DNA of 18,020 nucleotides from a virus (Duplodnaviria; Heunggongvirae; Uroviricota; Caudoviricetes): IMG/VR virus record IMGVR_UViG_2657245664_000010; one strand, 5' to 3'. Shown piece by piece: positions 16,767 to 18,020 of this stretch (position 1 is its first letter; each line of letters starts with the position of its first letter). The notes under the pieces were generated by a model. It saw only the letters and a program-made list of their open reading frames with translations, ran no database searches and was not told where the DNA came from. The position numbers and the translations under genes were made by a program.

Positions 16767-18020
16767 TTACGCACGAATGGTGTAATCACCAATGCCGATC
16801 CACTTGTAAGTGGTCAGTGCTTCCAGCCCCATTGGGCCACGCGCGTGGAGTTTTTGTGTGCTTACCGCCACTTCCGCACCCAGACCAAACTGGCCGCCGT
16901 CGGTAAAACGCGTAGAGGCGTTAACGTAAACAGCGGACGAATCCACTTCGTTAACAAAACGCTGGGCGTTGCGCATATCGCGGGTCAGGATCGCATCGGA
17001 GTGTTGTGTGCCGTGTTCACGAATATGGGCGATGGCATCGTCAAGATCGCTGACGATTTTGACGTTCAAATCTAATGACAGAAACTCATCGTCATACTCT
17101 TCGGCTTTAACAGCAACCACCTTCGCAGGGCCTGCCTGCAACTGCGCCAGTGCAGCTGCATCTGCGTGTAATGTCACGCCGCTTTCCGCCATTTGTTTGC
17201 TTAATGCGGGCAGGAAGCTATCGGCGATGTTTTTATTCACCAGCAACGTTTCAACCGTATTACATGTGCTCGGACGCTGAGTTTTCGCGTTGACGATCAC
17301 TTTTAATGCTTCAGCGATCTCTACACTTTCATCAACGTAAATATGGCATACGCCTATACCACCTGTGATCACCGGGATTGTCGACTGTTCACGGCACAGT
17401 TTATGCAAACCAGCGCCACCACGCGGGATCAGCATGTCGATGTATTTATCCATACGCAGCATTTCACTGACCAGCGCACGGTCAGGATTATCAATCGCCT
17501 GCACGGCACCCGCCGGTAAGCCGCAGGATTTCAGGGCGTCCTGAATCACCGCCACCGTTGCAGCGTTAGTGCGACACGTTTCTTTGCCACCGCGCAGGAT
17601 CACCGCATTACCGGTTTTCAGGCACAGCGAAGCGACATCAACCGTCACGTTCGGGCGCGCTTCATAAATCACGCCAATAACCCCCAGCGGTACGCGACGA
17701 CGCTCAAGACGCAGGCCGCTGTCCAGTACGCCGCCATCGATTACCTGCCCCACCGGATCGGCGAGGTTGCACACCTGACGTACATCGTCGGCAATGCCTT
17801 TCAGCCGTGCGGGCGTCAGTGCCAGACGGTCAAGCATCGCTTCGCTAAGGCCATTGGCTCGCGCGTCAGCAACATCCTGGGCGTTAGCGTTGAGGATGAT
17901 TTCGCTTTGTGCTTCCAGTTCATCGGCGATTTTTTCCAGCACGCGATTTTTTTCGCGGCTGGAGAGTTGCGCTAATTTATACGAGGCTTGCTTCGCGGCA
18001 ATGCCCATTTGTTCCAGCAT
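16767..18020 (-). CDS. proA: Gamma-glutamyl phosphate reductase (glutamate-5-semialdehyde dehydrogenase)
   Basis: 417-aa full-length match to remembered E. coli ProA ([50 protein letters not shown]...). The start codon is the last three bases of the window. Confidence 0.95.

Noticed and set aside
16686-17280. Plus-strand ORFs of 129 and 103 aa
   Set aside because: Antisense within proA, which matches the known protein full length.

Overview
The right edge of the window is a conserved enterobacterial (E. coli-type) chromosomal junction: proA (complete, minus strand) followed by tRNA-Thr(CGU) thrW. Immediately next to the 3' end of the tRNA sits a tyrosine integrase, and from there leftwards almost everything is a heavily decayed, mosaic lambdoid (DLP12-like) prophage. 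It runs int-xis and small accessory ORFs, then a collapsed early region (the immunity, recombination and replication genes are missing, so a lambda-orf63-like gene abuts a NinB fragment), then a Dam-like MTase, NinE, a nin ORF, a ybcO fragment, RusA, YlcG and Q. An NmpC-like porin and an intact phage-21-type lysis cassette (dual-start holin, SAR endolysin, Rz with embedded Rz1) follow, then Bor. Beyond that the structural module survives only as fragments: a truncated HNH, a portal N-terminus, a tape measure, a Mu-gpN-like fragment, a glycine-rich tail-fibre C-terminus and Tfa. Two cargo genes stand out: an AT-rich membrane-anchored protein with its own terminator inside the tail module, and a GIY-YIG nuclease-domain protein on the opposite strand between Tfa and an AppY-like AraC regulator. 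The GIY-YIG gene is my best candidate for an undescribed or poorly described defence or selfish nuclease. The left edge is the right end of an IS2-like element. No rRNA or CRISPR array is present. All homology statements come from reading the translations against remembered protein families; nothing was searched.
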